A DNA stretch of 64,000 bases from the NCBI GenBank assembly GCA_047834405.1, contig CP181263.1, positions 1,494,618 through 1,558,617 of the forward strand, in the 5' to 3' direction. A program made the translations under genes and the position numbers. The notes beneath the pieces are model-generated. The model had not been told where the DNA came from, did not search any database, and saw only the letters and a program-made list of their open reading frames with translations. Shown here in pieces: positions 37,778-47,765 of the stretch. How positions within the stretch are numbered: position 1 is the stretch's first letter; the number at the start of each line of letters is the position of its first letter. Source of the DNA: Eubacteriales bacterium (lineage in GTDB: Bacteria > Bacillota > Clostridia > Oscillospirales > Acutalibacteraceae).

Positions 37778-40525
37778 TCACGAGGAAGTGCCGTAATCAA
37801 AGAACATACTCGCCTGTATATTCATCCGGCTGATATATTGTTCCAGCCTGGTGAATTTCGCGTAGTAACGATCCTGCTCGGTTTTCAGCCGTGCTTGCAA
37901 TTCTTTTATTTTTTGTGTATAATTGCTGATTTCCTTCGAAAGGGTGCTGTTGTCATATTTTGTGCTGCTCTCAAGACCTGCTTTTGCAACCAGGAACCCG
38001 TCTCCTCCGGTTGTTTTGATGTTATCTTTGATTACGTTCTGTACCTTGGTCGCAACACCGTCGGAATCCGTAAACAGAGAAGCAACCTTATCCGGATCAT
38101 TCGTAAGAGCCGCTTTCAGCTTCTCTTCGTCAATTACAAGCAGACCGTTTCCGGAATAATCATTCGCTTTTGTGGAAATTCCGATTTCGTAGAGGGAACT
38201 CTTAACGGAGTCCACTTGACCCGTCATTGCATTGCGAAGGTTGAGGCAGAGATTCATCAGAAGGGAATCGCTGTTTAATATACCGACCTTCGCCTTCTTT
38301 TCATATTCTTTAATCTGCGTTTCCGTCATTTCCGCTTTTTGGGCGTCCGTCAGCGGTAAATATTTGTCGTCTGCTTTTTGGCGCTCATTGATTTTGGTTG
38401 TGCAAAGAGTAATGATGCTATTGTAATCGTCTACAAAATTCTTTATTTTATCATACAATTTATCCGTTTCGCTGTTTACGGAAAACTTAATCGGGTTTGT
38501 GTCGGAAACAGTACTGTCCGTTGTCCCGAGTAATTCAAAGTCGACCCCGTCGAGCGTGAATTTATTTTCCGACCGGGTGATTTCGATTGCATTGTTCACG
38601 TTGCCGTCAAAGCTGACCGTCATCTTGGCGTCCTGGCCTTTTGTCAGGCTGTACGCAGCACTGTTTTCGATGTAATTCCCGTCCGCATCCTTCGTCGGCA
38701 CAGTACCAAAGAGAACGTCTGCAAGATTGTAGGTGCCATCAATGCTTTGTACATCCACACGGCTGGAACTGCCGCCGCTTTTCGCCGTAATGGTGAACGA
38801 GTCGTTCACGCTGGAGTACGAAATATTCACGTTCGCTTGCGTATCGCTGTTGATTGTTTTGATAATCGTATCAATGGTATCTGTCTTTTTAAAATAAAAC
38901 TCTTTATCGTTGATCTTGATGCCATACATACCGTTGCACGGACCGTCACCTGCTACTGTGAACGAAGTGCTGAGGTCAGACTGGATATCTTCCAGCGTTT
39001 TATTGGTGTTAATGCGGTTTGTTTCGCCGGCATACACCTTCAGCGCACCGTTGATGCCGAGGACGCCGCTCTTGTCACAGGATTCCAGCGACAGGACGGA
39101 GGTGCTCACGGCAACGCCGTTTTGCTTGGTATCTTTATAGGTTGAAAAAGACAACGAACCGGATTCTATGGATACTTGTACCTTGCTTACCGTATTCCCG
39201 TCCGCATCTTTTGCTGTTCCAAATTCCGCTGTCAGCTTTTTCTGCAAATATTCCTGAAGCTTTTCCGGCGTAGAATAATCATTGTCTGCAGAGTTTAAGT
39301 CGCTTACGTCGAATGTAATGTATTTTTTCACACCGTCCAGCGAAAACGTAAGGGTGGAACCTGCGAGCGTATCACCCAGATATTTGCTTACAAGCTTGGT
39401 GTGGTCAACCGTACCGGAGGTTGAAATCGTATCGCCCGACCTTAGGCCGAGCCCCTCCAGCAGATTCTGGCTTCCGCCGGTAATGGACAGGGCCTCGGAT
39501 ACGCCGTCTTTTGTGAAGAAGGAAACCGTGCCGTCTTCAGAAACAGAAACATCCAATTTGTCCTTCAAATCGGTTGCAGTTCCGCTTGAATCCGTATTCT
39601 GCTGAATCGCTTCGCTTAACACTTCCTGCAGAGTGTTTGCCGCCGCCGCAGGATCGGAAGAGATTTTGGTATCTTTCGGAATGGTAAGCGTGTAGTTGGT
39701 GGAACCAATCTTAATATTCAGTATGGATCCGGCGCTCAGCGTATTTGGGAAAATGGAATCCGGGTTCGGCGCGGTGCTTCCCGTGATTTGCGTGGCGTCG
39801 GATGCATTTTTTTCAAGGCCTAATCCGGCCAGAAGAGCTGCCGTTCCGTCCTTAATGGTGATGTTTCCGGCTGCGGAACCGGTTTTTGTTAACGTTACTT
39901 TTCCCTCCGCGTCAACGCCGAACGAAACATTGCCGGCCAGCTCGGTTGTTCCTGCAATCGCATCGTTTAAGGCATCCGTGATTTTGCTGACGTCGTCGCC
40001 CGGGTTAAAAGAAAGGGTGCTGTCCAAGGTCAGCTCATAATCCTTGCCGCCGTAATTGATCACCATTGTATTTCCCAAAACAGAGCTGAGTTTTCCGGTT
40101 TTAATTGCCTGATTCGAGACCTTGTGCATGGAAGTAAAGCTTGCCTGCTGTGCAAGCTGGGTTATCTGGGTTACCAGCATATTTTTGGCAGCCGTCGCAC
40201 TTCCCGTTACATTCAGGAAAGGGGATGAATTTTTAATGGAAGTGGAAGTAAAGAAACTGCGGTTCAAAATACTGCTGCTGCTGGTAGTGGTTGAAAAATA
40301 TTTTGTTTGGAATTCTGACAGCGCCTTTATTACTTCCCGGTAGGACTCTTGCCTCCATTGCGCAATTTGTTTGCTTTGAAGCTGTTTATCTATTTTACTC
40401 TGTGTTCCCGATGAAAGCTGTTTTACCAGCTCATCCGTGTCTAATCCGGAAACAAGACCGCTTAACCGTTTATTTGACGATGTTGTGGTAGCACTTGAAG
40501 AAGAATTCGGCTTTGAAACGATCAT
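37778..40525 (-). CDS. fliD: Flagellar filament cap protein FliD (long, 915 aa)
   Basis: N-terminal SGLVSGLDTDELVKQL, GQDAKM, IKNFVDDYN, YLPLTDAQK and C-terminal YYAKFTRLE. Confidence 0.92.
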   Translation of the reverse strand: MIVSKPNSSSSATTTSSNKRLSGLVSGLDTDELVKQLSSGTQSKIDKQLQSKQIAQWRQESYREVIKALSEFQTKYFSTTTSSSSILNRSFFTSTSIKNSSPFLNVTGSATAAKNMLVTQITQLAQQASFTSMHKVSNQAIKTGKLSSVLGNTMVINYGGKDYELTLDSTLSFNPGDDVSKITDALNDAIAGTTELAGNVSFGVDAEGKVTLTKTGSAAGNITIKDGTAALLAGLGLEKNASDATQITGSTAPNPDSIFPNTLSAGSILNIKIGSTNYTLTIPKDTKISSDPAAAANTLQEVLSEAIQQNTDSSGTATDLKDKLDVSVSEDGTVSFFTKDGVSEALSITGGSQNLLEGLGLRSGDTISTSGTVDHTKLVSKYLGDTLAGSTLTFSLDGVKKYITFDVSDLNSADNDYSTPEKLQEYLQKKLTAEFGTAKDADGNTVSKVQVSIESGSLSFSTYKDTKQNGVAVSTSVLSLESCDKSGVLGINGALKVYAGETNRINTNKTLEDIQSDLSTSFTVAGDGPCNGMYGIKINDKEFYFKKTDTIDTIIKTINSDTQANVNISYSSVNDSFTITAKSGGSSSRVDVQSIDGTYNLADVLFGTVPTKDADGNYIENSAAYSLTKGQDAKMTVSFDGNVNNAIEITRSENKFTLDGVDFELLGTTDSTVSDTNPIKFSVNSETDKLYDKIKNFVDDYNSIITLCTTKINERQKADDKYLPLTDAQKAEMTETQIKEYEKKAKVGILNSDSLLMNLCLNLRNAMTGQVDSVKSSLYEIGISTKANDYSGNGLLVIDEEKLKAALTNDPDKVASLFTDSDGVATKVQNVIKDNIKTTGGDGFLVAKAGLESSTKYDNSTLSKEISNYTQKIKELQARLKTEQDRYYAKFTRLEQYISRMNIQASMFFDYGTSS

Positions 40526-40578
40526 GGCTATGTACCTCCTTGACCATGGAATGGCAAATAATAAACTTCTTAATCCAT

Positions 40579-40606
40579 ATATCGTACTGATACAAGAAAA
40601 AATTAA
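40579..40606 (-). promoter_or_regulatory. Candidate sigma28 (FliA/SigD) promoter for fliD
   Basis: TTAA-N16-TACGATAT on the minus strand. Confidence 0.5.
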
Positions 40607-40754
40607 GTAAATTACATTAAAAAACTATAAAAGTAGAATTATTTATATAATATACTTTGACCAAATAAGGTTACGTATGGTATGATATACAATAATAATT
40701 CGAAATATGTGGGAAAATATATTTAAATTGAATGCAAAGGGGATGGTGTATGAT

Positions 40755-41855
40755 ATGGCCTTTGTTCCAATCAACAAATTAAAACCTGGCATGATATTAG
40801 ACAGAGATATCTACTTATACAATGACGTAACGTCAAAGATCATTATGCTGCGATCCGGCCAAGTTTTATCAGAAGCTTATATTGAAAGGCTTCATGAGTT
40901 TGATATTCTCGGAGCCTATATTCATACGAATGAAGAAAGAACCCGCATTCCATCACTGAAATTACGATATCCCATTAAAAAGGAGTTAAGACAGGAAGCA
41001 CTTCTAAGCCTTAAGCAGGTTTATAAAATGTTTAACCAGGGTGCTCAAAAAATTAATGTGAGAAGTATTAACCAAACCATGAATATCTCCAAAAAATTGG
41101 TGAATTCTTTAAAGTGCAACGTAGAAGCGAAAATCAGCATCGCTAATTTAAAATTATACGATGATTATACATATAACCATTCTCTTGGGGTTTCCATTTT
41201 GTCGATTGCAATCGGATTGGAACTGGGGCTGAATACACAGGAATTGTATGACCTTGGGCTGTGTGCCCTTTTACACGATATTGGGAAGATGGCCGTGCCG
41301 ATATCCATTATTTCAAAGCCGGCCAGGCTTACCGAGGAAGAGTTTAATATTGTTAAGCAGCATCCCACAAACGGAGCGCTGTTTTTTCTTAAGCATCATT
41401 TGGCGAATAAGTCGATTTGCGAAGGAATTCAAACCCATCATGAAAAATACGATGGCACCGGGTATCCGCGCGGGCTTTCCGGGGAAGACATTCCTTTATT
41501 TGGGCGGATTATCTCCGTAGCGGATGTTTACGACGCGTTAACCTCCGTTCGGCCTTACCGGAAACCGTCCACGCCCACGGAGGCAATCGAATATATTATG
41601 GGATCAAGCGGCATTGCGTTTGACCTAAAAATTGTCAAAGCTTTTTTAAATAAGGTTGCGCCGTATCCGATCGGCTCCTGCGTGAAGCTGAGCAACGGTG
41701 AAGTCGCGATTATTGTAAAACAGAACGACTTTAATCCGAGCCGGCCTATTGTACGCCTTCTGAAAAAGCCGGATGTATTGATGGATTTATGCTTTCAGCG
41801 TGATGTGCAGAATATTGTAATCGAAGATATCTGCACAATTACAACAGAACCATGA
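40755..41855 (+). CDS. HD-GYP domain c-di-GMP phosphodiesterase
   Basis: Motifs YTYNHS, LLHDIGK, HHEKYDGTGYP and RPYR. Confidence 0.9.
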   Translation: MAFVPINKLKPGMILDRDIYLYNDVTSKIIMLRSGQVLSEAYIERLHEFDILGAYIHTNEERTRIPSLKLRYPIKKELRQEALLSLKQVYKMFNQGAQKINVRSINQTMNISKKLVNSLKCNVEAKISIANLKLYDDYTYNHSLGVSILSIAIGLELGLNTQELYDLGLCALLHDIGKMAVPISIISKPARLTEEEFNIVKQHPTNGALFFLKHHLANKSICEGIQTHHEKYDGTGYPRGLSGEDIPLFGRIISVADVYDALTSVRPYRKPSTPTEAIEYIMGSSGIAFDLKIVKAFLNKVAPYPIGSCVKLSNGEVAIIVKQNDFNPSRPIVRLLKKPDVLMDLCFQRDVQNIVIEDICTITTEP

Positions 41856-41860
41856 AAAAT

Positions 41861-41893
41861 AAAAGGATGGAAAATTTATTTCCATCCTTTTTT
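41861..41893. terminator. Bidirectional terminator
   Basis: AAAAGGATGGAAA/TTTCCATCCTTTT. Confidence 0.8.
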
Positions 41894-41903
41894 AAACGGT
41901 ATT

Positions 41904-42431
41904 TTAATTTTGTTCGATGTTTTCTACCATTGTGCTGTTTACAAGCTCGATTTCATTTTCATTCAGAATCTTGCTGGTGTCCAAAAGCATGACAACTTTA
42001 TTTTCTACCTTGCCGATTCCCGTTAAGTAGGCATTTGTGCGGTCCTTGGACATTTTCGGCGGGGGAGAGATGTTGTTATCCGAAATAGTAGTAACTTCAT
42101 CAACCGAGTCAACAATAAAACCAATATGGCTTTCGTCAATTTTCGTTACAATAATGCAGGTGTGCTCGTCATATTCCACCTCTTCTTTGCCGAAACGCAG
42201 GCGGACGTCAATAACAGGAATAATGTCTCCCCTTAAATTAATGACTCCCTTCGCGTAATGGGGGGAATCTGGGACAGGCGTTATTTCCTGTTTGCCGATA
42301 ATTTGTACAACATCGGCGATCGGAACGCCGAAAAGCTGTTTATCGGTCCAGAATGTTAAGTATTTTCCTTTCATTTCGTTCGTATCATTTTGCTCAGCGA
42401 TAATCTCTTTATCATTTTCCACATTGATCAC
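41904..42431 (-). CDS. cheW: Chemotaxis coupling protein CheW
   Basis: Motifs KYLTF, GVINLRGDIIPVIDVR and GFIVDSVDEV. Confidence 0.92.
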   Translation of the reverse strand: MINVENDKEIIAEQNDTNEMKGKYLTFWTDKQLFGVPIADVVQIIGKQEITPVPDSPHYAKGVINLRGDIIPVIDVRLRFGKEEVEYDEHTCIIVTKIDESHIGFIVDSVDEVTTISDNNISPPPKMSKDRTNAYLTGIGKVENKVVMLLDTSKILNENEIELVNSTMVENIEQN

Positions 42432-42466
42432 CCTATCATAAAAAATTTTTATATAATACTGTGTGA

Positions 42467-43105
42467 TTAAAGAAGCCCTCTGGCAATCCTGATTTGCTCC
42501 CTCTGCAGTTCAAAGAGATATCTGCAAAGCAAATCAGACTGATGCGTCGTATTATCCAGAAAAGAACACCCGTAACCGTTCATATACGGGTCCCCCTTGA
42601 TCCGCTCTACCTTGCAGTTGAAAGGAATACGATTTCCAAAAAGGCACAGGGTTACCGTAAAGCGTTGATTGATTTCCAACTTCTGCGTTGTATTCATAAA
42701 TAAGCCGCTTAAACTCAGGTCCGTAATGGTTGCGTCAAATTCCTTTGAGTCCGTTTCCCCGGCTGCTTTGTCCGGCAGCAAACGCGCCTTCACTTTTTTG
42801 GTAACTTTTAGCCGGAAGAAGCTTCTTTGTTCAAAATCGACCAGATTCTGAATATCTGTAATTTGCATTAATTCGGCAGTCGAAAGGAACACCTTACCAA
42901 CCAGAACCTTAAACCCTGCAGTATTATTATAAATGTTCATTTTTACCGGTGTATTGCAATGGATAATTGGAAGATTATCGAAGTCATTGCAGATCTGAAT
43001 CGCACCATGCAGAATATCGCTGATCGACCCGGTGGTAATCAATTCATTTGAGATTGTCCTTATTTCACACGGCGAATGAAGATACTGCGTTGATATGGGG
43101 AACAT
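42467..43105 (-). CDS. PilZ domain c-di-GMP receptor (YcgR/flagellar brake-like)
   Basis: RxxxR motif EQRSFFRL and DxSxxG motif DLSLSG. GGAGG RBS precedes 43105. Confidence 0.85.
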   Translation of the reverse strand: MFPISTQYLHSPCEIRTISNELITTGSISDILHGAIQICNDFDNLPIIHCNTPVKMNIYNNTAGFKVLVGKVFLSTAELMQITDIQNLVDFEQRSFFRLKVTKKVKARLLPDKAAGETDSKEFDATITDLSLSGLFMNTTQKLEINQRFTVTLCLFGNRIPFNCKVERIKGDPYMNGYGCSFLDNTTHQSDLLCRYLFELQREQIRIARGLL

Positions 43106-43159
43106 ATTGAAAATACCTCCAAAAAACAAATATCCGGTAAAACTGAAGAAATGTTAATT

Positions 43160-43660
43160 TCAAGGTATTTGGTCATCGTCTTCATCCGTCAGGATTCTTT
43201 CAATATCGAGCAGCATGATGGCGTTTTCGTTCAGCGTTGCGATTCCTTTTACGAAATTATTGACGGAATCTTTCGCCAGCCGTGGCGTTTCGCTGATCTG
43301 ATTTTTGGCAATATTCGTTACGTCGTTGACGCTATCGACAATAAGCCCCACGCTTAATTCGCTGACTTCCGCAACAATGATGCTGGTGTGGTCATCATAT
43401 TCCCGCTTTTCTTTATTAAACTTCAGCCTTACGTCAACCAATGGAACGATTTTTCCTCTTAAATTGATAACGCCAATGATAAAAGGCGGTAATTTTGGAA
43501 CAAAAGTGATAGGCTGCATGCGGATAATCTCGACTACCTCGCTGCTTGGGATCGCAAAAAGCTGTCCGTCAATAAAGAAAGTTAAATATTTTTCCGTAGG
43601 AACATTTTCAACTTGTGTATTATTTTTCATTAAAACGTCTTCTGCCATATCATTCACCAT
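43160..43660 (-). CDS. cheW: Chemotaxis coupling protein CheW (second copy)
   Basis: Motifs KYLTF, GVINLRGKIVPLVDVR and GLIVDSVNDV. Confidence 0.92.
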   Translation of the reverse strand: MVNDMAEDVLMKNNTQVENVPTEKYLTFFIDGQLFAIPSSEVVEIIRMQPITFVPKLPPFIIGVINLRGKIVPLVDVRLKFNKEKREYDDHTSIIVAEVSELSVGLIVDSVNDVTNIAKNQISETPRLAKDSVNNFVKGIATLNENAIMLLDIERILTDEDDDQIP

Positions 43661-43753
43661 TTCTACCGTTGCCGTTTTCGGTAAGATCTTTTTGCACCGA
43701 CAATGCCGGCCTTATTTTGTCAGTGCCAAAACGATAAAAACCGCTATAAATAT

Positions 43754-43780
43754 ATATCGGCCTTTTTTTAAATAATTAAA
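43754..43780 (-). promoter_or_regulatory. sigma28 promoter for cheW-pilZ-cheW
   Basis: Consensus -10 GCCGATAT (43754-43761) with an AT-rich TTAA -35 region. Confidence 0.65.
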
Positions 43781-43803
43781 GGAAATCGAAATAAAAATAT
43801 ATT

Positions 43804-44130
43804 TTATTTTGTGTTTTCCTCGGTTTCAGGGGGTGTAAAATCCCTTTTCTCCGTTTTTTCCATGGAATAATTTAGAAAATAAATGTAAATATCAACAATC
43901 GCATGGTACAGCTCCGGCGGAATTTCCGCCCCGACCTCCAGCTGGGTGAGCAGGGAAGCCAGAGAGTCGTCGTGATAAACAGGCACGTTGCTGTCCTGCG
44001 CGACTTCAATGATTTTTTCCGCGATATACCCGGAACCGGACGCAACCACGACGGGTGCGCTGTGGGGGGAGTCCAGCGAATATTTCAGGGCCGCGGCATG
44101 ATTGTGGTCAAACTGTGACATCGATGACAT
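43804..44130 (-). CDS. FlhB C-terminal-like (EscU/YscU/HrcU family) small protein
   Basis: Motifs AAALKY, APVVVASG.G.IAEKII and IPPELYHAIV. Confidence 0.88.
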   Translation of the reverse strand: MSSMSQFDHNHAAALKYSLDSPHSAPVVVASGSGYIAEKIIEVAQDSNVPVYHDDSLASLLTQLEVGAEIPPELYHAIVDIYIYFLNYSMEKTEKRDFTPPETEENTK

Positions 44131-45538
44131 TCTTCCTTTCATAAACCTTTTTCAGAATCTGTTTTTTCGTGCCTGCGCCGCGGCCTGTAAGCAGTTCGAT
44201 TTTCTGCGCGGTCAGGCCGTTTTGTGCAAAGATATCCGCTATTTTCTCGCTGATTGCCCGTTTGTCTTTTTCCAGGGATTCGGGGCAGTTCAGTTGGATG
44301 TCCGCTTTGCCGTCGATAAAGGAAACAGCGGCTTCAAAGTTGCCGAGCTTCTTTATGTCGAACGTCAGGTAAAGGCGGACGGGCGAACCGCCGCTTTCCA
44401 GGTTCCCCCTGCGGGATTTTTCCTTTTCGCTTTCTCTTTCAATCCAAATTTCCGTGAACATGAACTGCCCGTTATAATTGATCGGGAGAAAAATATGATT
44501 AAAAGGCATGTAAACGCTGTTATCCAGCAGAAGGGATGTCAAGGTGTCCCGGCAAAGGGATTGGGTCACGCTCGAGCTGCTTTGCTTCATGTTTTCCGAG
44601 AGCACCTTTATTATGGAATCGAAAAGCGGATTTTCCGGTTTCTGAGAAGCTTCTGTTACTGTCTTCAAAAACATGGATTTGATTTCATTCATTTTCGGTT
44701 CCGGTAAATTCAGCTCATATTTACAATAATCCAAAAGGGCGGTAAAGGTATCTACCAGTTCCTGATGGGAGCTCATGTTCAGGCGGGCAAGATTATGCAC
44801 CAGAAGCGTGATGCTGTCTCTTGCGATTCCGTAATCGTTCGAAGCCGCTACATACTTGCCCAAAAGCGGAATGATTTTTTCCTTTAAAACCGAAAGGTTT
44901 AAATCCAGGCCCTTCACAGGCTGATCCGTTATCAATTCTTTTGTCAGTTCTTTAAGCTGTTTGCTGTACGGATTCGGAATTTGGTGGGAAAGTGTGTCCA
45001 ATTCCTTTGCAATTGCCTGTGTAGTATCGGCAGTAGAAAAATATCCGTCATACGCTTTCAAAAAATTTGAGATGGTTTGCTTCAACTCCCGGTCGCCCGC
45101 GTGCTCATTTAATATGTTTCGAAGAATGTCAAAGATGGGCCCGGTAAATTTTGTGCGGTTGTTGCTTTGAAAAGTCAGGTTCTTCAAAATATCCGCGGGC
45201 TCCATTTTCATAGCCGCGGTAAGCTCTTTCATGAAAGGGGCGGTTGTGCGGTTGTCGTGAACGTTTTCCGGCCTGCTGAAAGCCTCGAAGGTGAATTTTT
45301 GCAGCGTTTCAGACAAAGCGGGCGTCCGGTTCAACTGTTCTAGGAATTTATTAAAAACAGAATTGCGATTTAACAGGAATTCAAAGCGCGCATTTGTGTC
45401 GCCCTGCTTGTCGGTGTTTGGCTGAACGACCTTTGAAGGGTCAATCGGCGTCATCGGCCCTGTTTGCTTCGTGGTGGGGATTTTATTGACGGTGTCGCTG
45501 TTCGGTACGGGAGGGGTAATTCTTAAATTATCGGGCAT
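44108..45538 (-). CDS. Flagella-associated hypothetical protein (FliK-like C-terminus)
   Basis: C-terminal LPINYNGQ..EIWI...LYLTFDIKKLG motif, and position upstream of the FlhB-like gene. Confidence 0.55.
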   Translation of the reverse strand: MPDNLRITPPVPNSDTVNKIPTTKQTGPMTPIDPSKVVQPNTDKQGDTNARFEFLLNRNSVFNKFLEQLNRTPALSETLQKFTFEAFSRPENVHDNRTTAPFMKELTAAMKMEPADILKNLTFQSNNRTKFTGPIFDILRNILNEHAGDRELKQTISNFLKAYDGYFSTADTTQAIAKELDTLSHQIPNPYSKQLKELTKELITDQPVKGLDLNLSVLKEKIIPLLGKYVAASNDYGIARDSITLLVHNLARLNMSSHQELVDTFTALLDYCKYELNLPEPKMNEIKSMFLKTVTEASQKPENPLFDSIIKVLSENMKQSSSSVTQSLCRDTLTSLLLDNSVYMPFNHIFLPINYNGQFMFTEIWIERESEKEKSRRGNLESGGSPVRLYLTFDIKKLGNFEAAVSFIDGKADIQLNCPESLEKDKRAISEKIADIFAQNGLTAQKIELLTGRGAGTKKQILKKVYERKNVIDVTV

Positions 45539-45566
45539 AAAAACACCTCAAATATAAAATTTGGCA

Positions 45567-45598
45567 TTAATTTTATCGACTTTGTTACGATATATAAA
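45567..45598. promoter_or_regulatory. Overlapping divergent sigma28-type promoters (cheA operon / FliK-like operon)
   Basis: Plus strand TTAA-N15-TACGATAT; minus strand TTTA-N14-GTCGATAA. Confidence 0.5.
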
Positions 45599-45628
45599 TT
45601 ATAAAGTATAATTAGGCGGTGAATTATC

Positions 45629-47728
45629 ATGGATAACAATATGGAATCTATGTTGGAAGTTTATTTATTTGAAGCAAATGATTTGCTTGAACATCTTGAT
45701 GAAATTTTAATCAATTGCGAAAAGGCAAATTCCTTTGATACAGACAGCATCAATGAAATTTTCCGAATCATGCATACCATAAAGGGTTCCTCTGCTATGA
45801 TGCAGTTCAACGGCCTTGCGACAATTTCCCATAAGGTAGAGGATCTGTTCTACTATGTACGCGAAAATGGGATTGATGAGAAATACAATGAAGAACTTTT
45901 CGACCTGATGTTCCGGTCGAGCGATTTCATTAAGGATGAAATCGCAAAGGTGGAAAATAACGAGCCGCTTACTACAGATATCGGCACTTTTGAGCAGGAA
46001 ATTAATGATTTTCTTAAAAAGATTTCGACAGGCGAATCAAGCGAAGGCGCGGATGAGCCGGCAAAGCAGCCAGAAGGAAAACAGGCTGAACCGCAGCCGC
46101 AGACACCGCCGGCACAGCCGGAATCCGCCCCTAACCAGGAGCTTCCAAAGCAGACGCAGGCCGCCGCAGAGCCAATTGTGTTTGATCCGGAATATCCATA
46201 TGCCGTCCGTGTGTACTTTGACGAAGAGACAGAGATGGAGAACCTCCGTGCCGTTATCCTGATCAATGCGATTAAGGATGTTTACCAATATGTGAAATAC
46301 CAGCCGGACGATATTGAAACGAATCCGGCCAGCGCGGAGGAAATCATCAAAAATGGTTTCGTGATTTTTTTCAAGGACGAGCAGGGCTTAAAGAGCGTCT
46401 TGAAAATCATTGAAAATTTTGTTTATACGAAAAATTATACCGTGATCAATAAGCCGGATGATACAGCGCAGGAAAAATCCGGTGAAAAAAACGCGAGCGC
46501 ACAGGATGAACAAAATAAACAGCAGGCGCAGAATACGGCGCACTCGGTGGTTAAACAGAATCTTATTAATGTAAACCTTTCAAAGCTTGATAATCTGATG
46601 GACCTGATGGGTGAAATCGTCATAACGGAATCCATGGTTACCACCCCTCCGGCCGGGCAGAGCGCCGCGGTGGACAATAATTTCACCAAGGCTTCCAGGC
46701 AGCTGCGGAAACTGACGGACGAGCTTCAGGAAATTGTAATGTCCATCCGCATGGTCCCGATTTCGGGCGTGTTTCATAAGATGAACCGCATTGTGCGCGA
46801 TATGAGCAAGAAGCTGGATAAAGACGTCCAACTGGTTATGATCGGCGAGGACACCGAAGTCGACAAGACGATTATTGACAACATCGGCGACCCGATTATG
46901 CACGTTGTGCGCAATGCCATGGACCACGGCATTGAAACCAAGGAAGAACGCGCCCAGACAAACAAACCGCCCAAGGGAACCATTACCCTGTCGGCACAAA
47001 ACACAGGCGGGGAAATTATCATTACCATAACGGATGACGGCAAAGGAATTGACCGGAAGGCTGTCCTTGAAAAGGCAAAGAAGCAAGGCCTTGTGAAAAG
47101 ACCGGAATCGGAGTATTCCGCAAGAGAAATCAATAACTTCCTTCTGATGCCCGGGTTCTCGACCAACGAAGTGGTGACGGAGTATTCCGGCAGAGGGGTC
47201 GGCATGGACGTTGTTAAGAAAAATGTCGAAAAAGTCGGCGGCGACGTTTCCATTGAAAGCGAGTTTGGAAAGGGAACCAAAATACTCTTTAAAATCCCGC
47301 TTACCCTCGCGATTGTGAACGGCATGAAGATTTCCGTCGGCGAAACGGTATTTACCATTCCGATTAATAATATCCGGCAGTCCTTTAAGGTGGATCAAAG
47401 TGCGATTCATTATGACACGGATATGAATGAGATTATCATGGTTCGAAACCAGTATTATCCGGTTGTCCGCCTGCACAAGGTGTTTGGCATTGAGACGGAA
47501 ATTACGGATATCAGCAGCGGAATTGTTATCTTGGTTGAAACACACGAAAAGTCGTTCTGCATTTTTGCAGATTCGCTTTTAGGCGAGCAGCAGGTTGTTG
47601 TTAAATCCCTTCCGTTATATCTTAATAAATATAATGTCAAGGAAACCGGCATTACCGGCTGCGCTATTCTGGGCGACGGCAGTATCAGCCTGATACTGGA
47701 TATACTCAACCTTTACAATAACAATTAA
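45629..47728 (+). CDS. cheA: Chemotaxis histidine kinase CheA
   Basis: HPt motif FRIMHTIKGSS, HVVRNAMDHGIE, DDGKG, GRGVGMDVV and a C-terminal CheW domain. Confidence 0.96.
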   Translation: MDNNMESMLEVYLFEANDLLEHLDEILINCEKANSFDTDSINEIFRIMHTIKGSSAMMQFNGLATISHKVEDLFYYVRENGIDEKYNEELFDLMFRSSDFIKDEIAKVENNEPLTTDIGTFEQEINDFLKKISTGESSEGADEPAKQPEGKQAEPQPQTPPAQPESAPNQELPKQTQAAAEPIVFDPEYPYAVRVYFDEETEMENLRAVILINAIKDVYQYVKYQPDDIETNPASAEEIIKNGFVIFFKDEQGLKSVLKIIENFVYTKNYTVINKPDDTAQEKSGEKNASAQDEQNKQQAQNTAHSVVKQNLINVNLSKLDNLMDLMGEIVITESMVTTPPAGQSAAVDNNFTKASRQLRKLTDELQEIVMSIRMVPISGVFHKMNRIVRDMSKKLDKDVQLVMIGEDTEVDKTIIDNIGDPIMHVVRNAMDHGIETKEERAQTNKPPKGTITLSAQNTGGEIIITITDDGKGIDRKAVLEKAKKQGLVKRPESEYSAREINNFLLMPGFSTNEVVTEYSGRGVGMDVVKKNVEKVGGDVSIESEFGKGTKILFKIPLTLAIVNGMKISVGETVFTIPINNIRQSFKVDQSAIHYDTDMNEIIMVRNQYYPVVRLHKVFGIETEITDISSGIVILVETHEKSFCIFADSLLGEQQVVVKSLPLYLNKYNVKETGITGCAILGDGSISLILDILNLYNNN

Positions 47729-47765
47729 TTTCCTTTACCCGAAGGATTAAACGCGGAGGAAAACG

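Noticed and set aside
43665-43740. Hairpins in the cheW leader, and GCAAAAGGACGC in the MCP leader (49700-49730), as c-di-GMP riboswitches
   Set aside because: They do not match the GEMM-I or GEMM-II architecture beyond a few bases.
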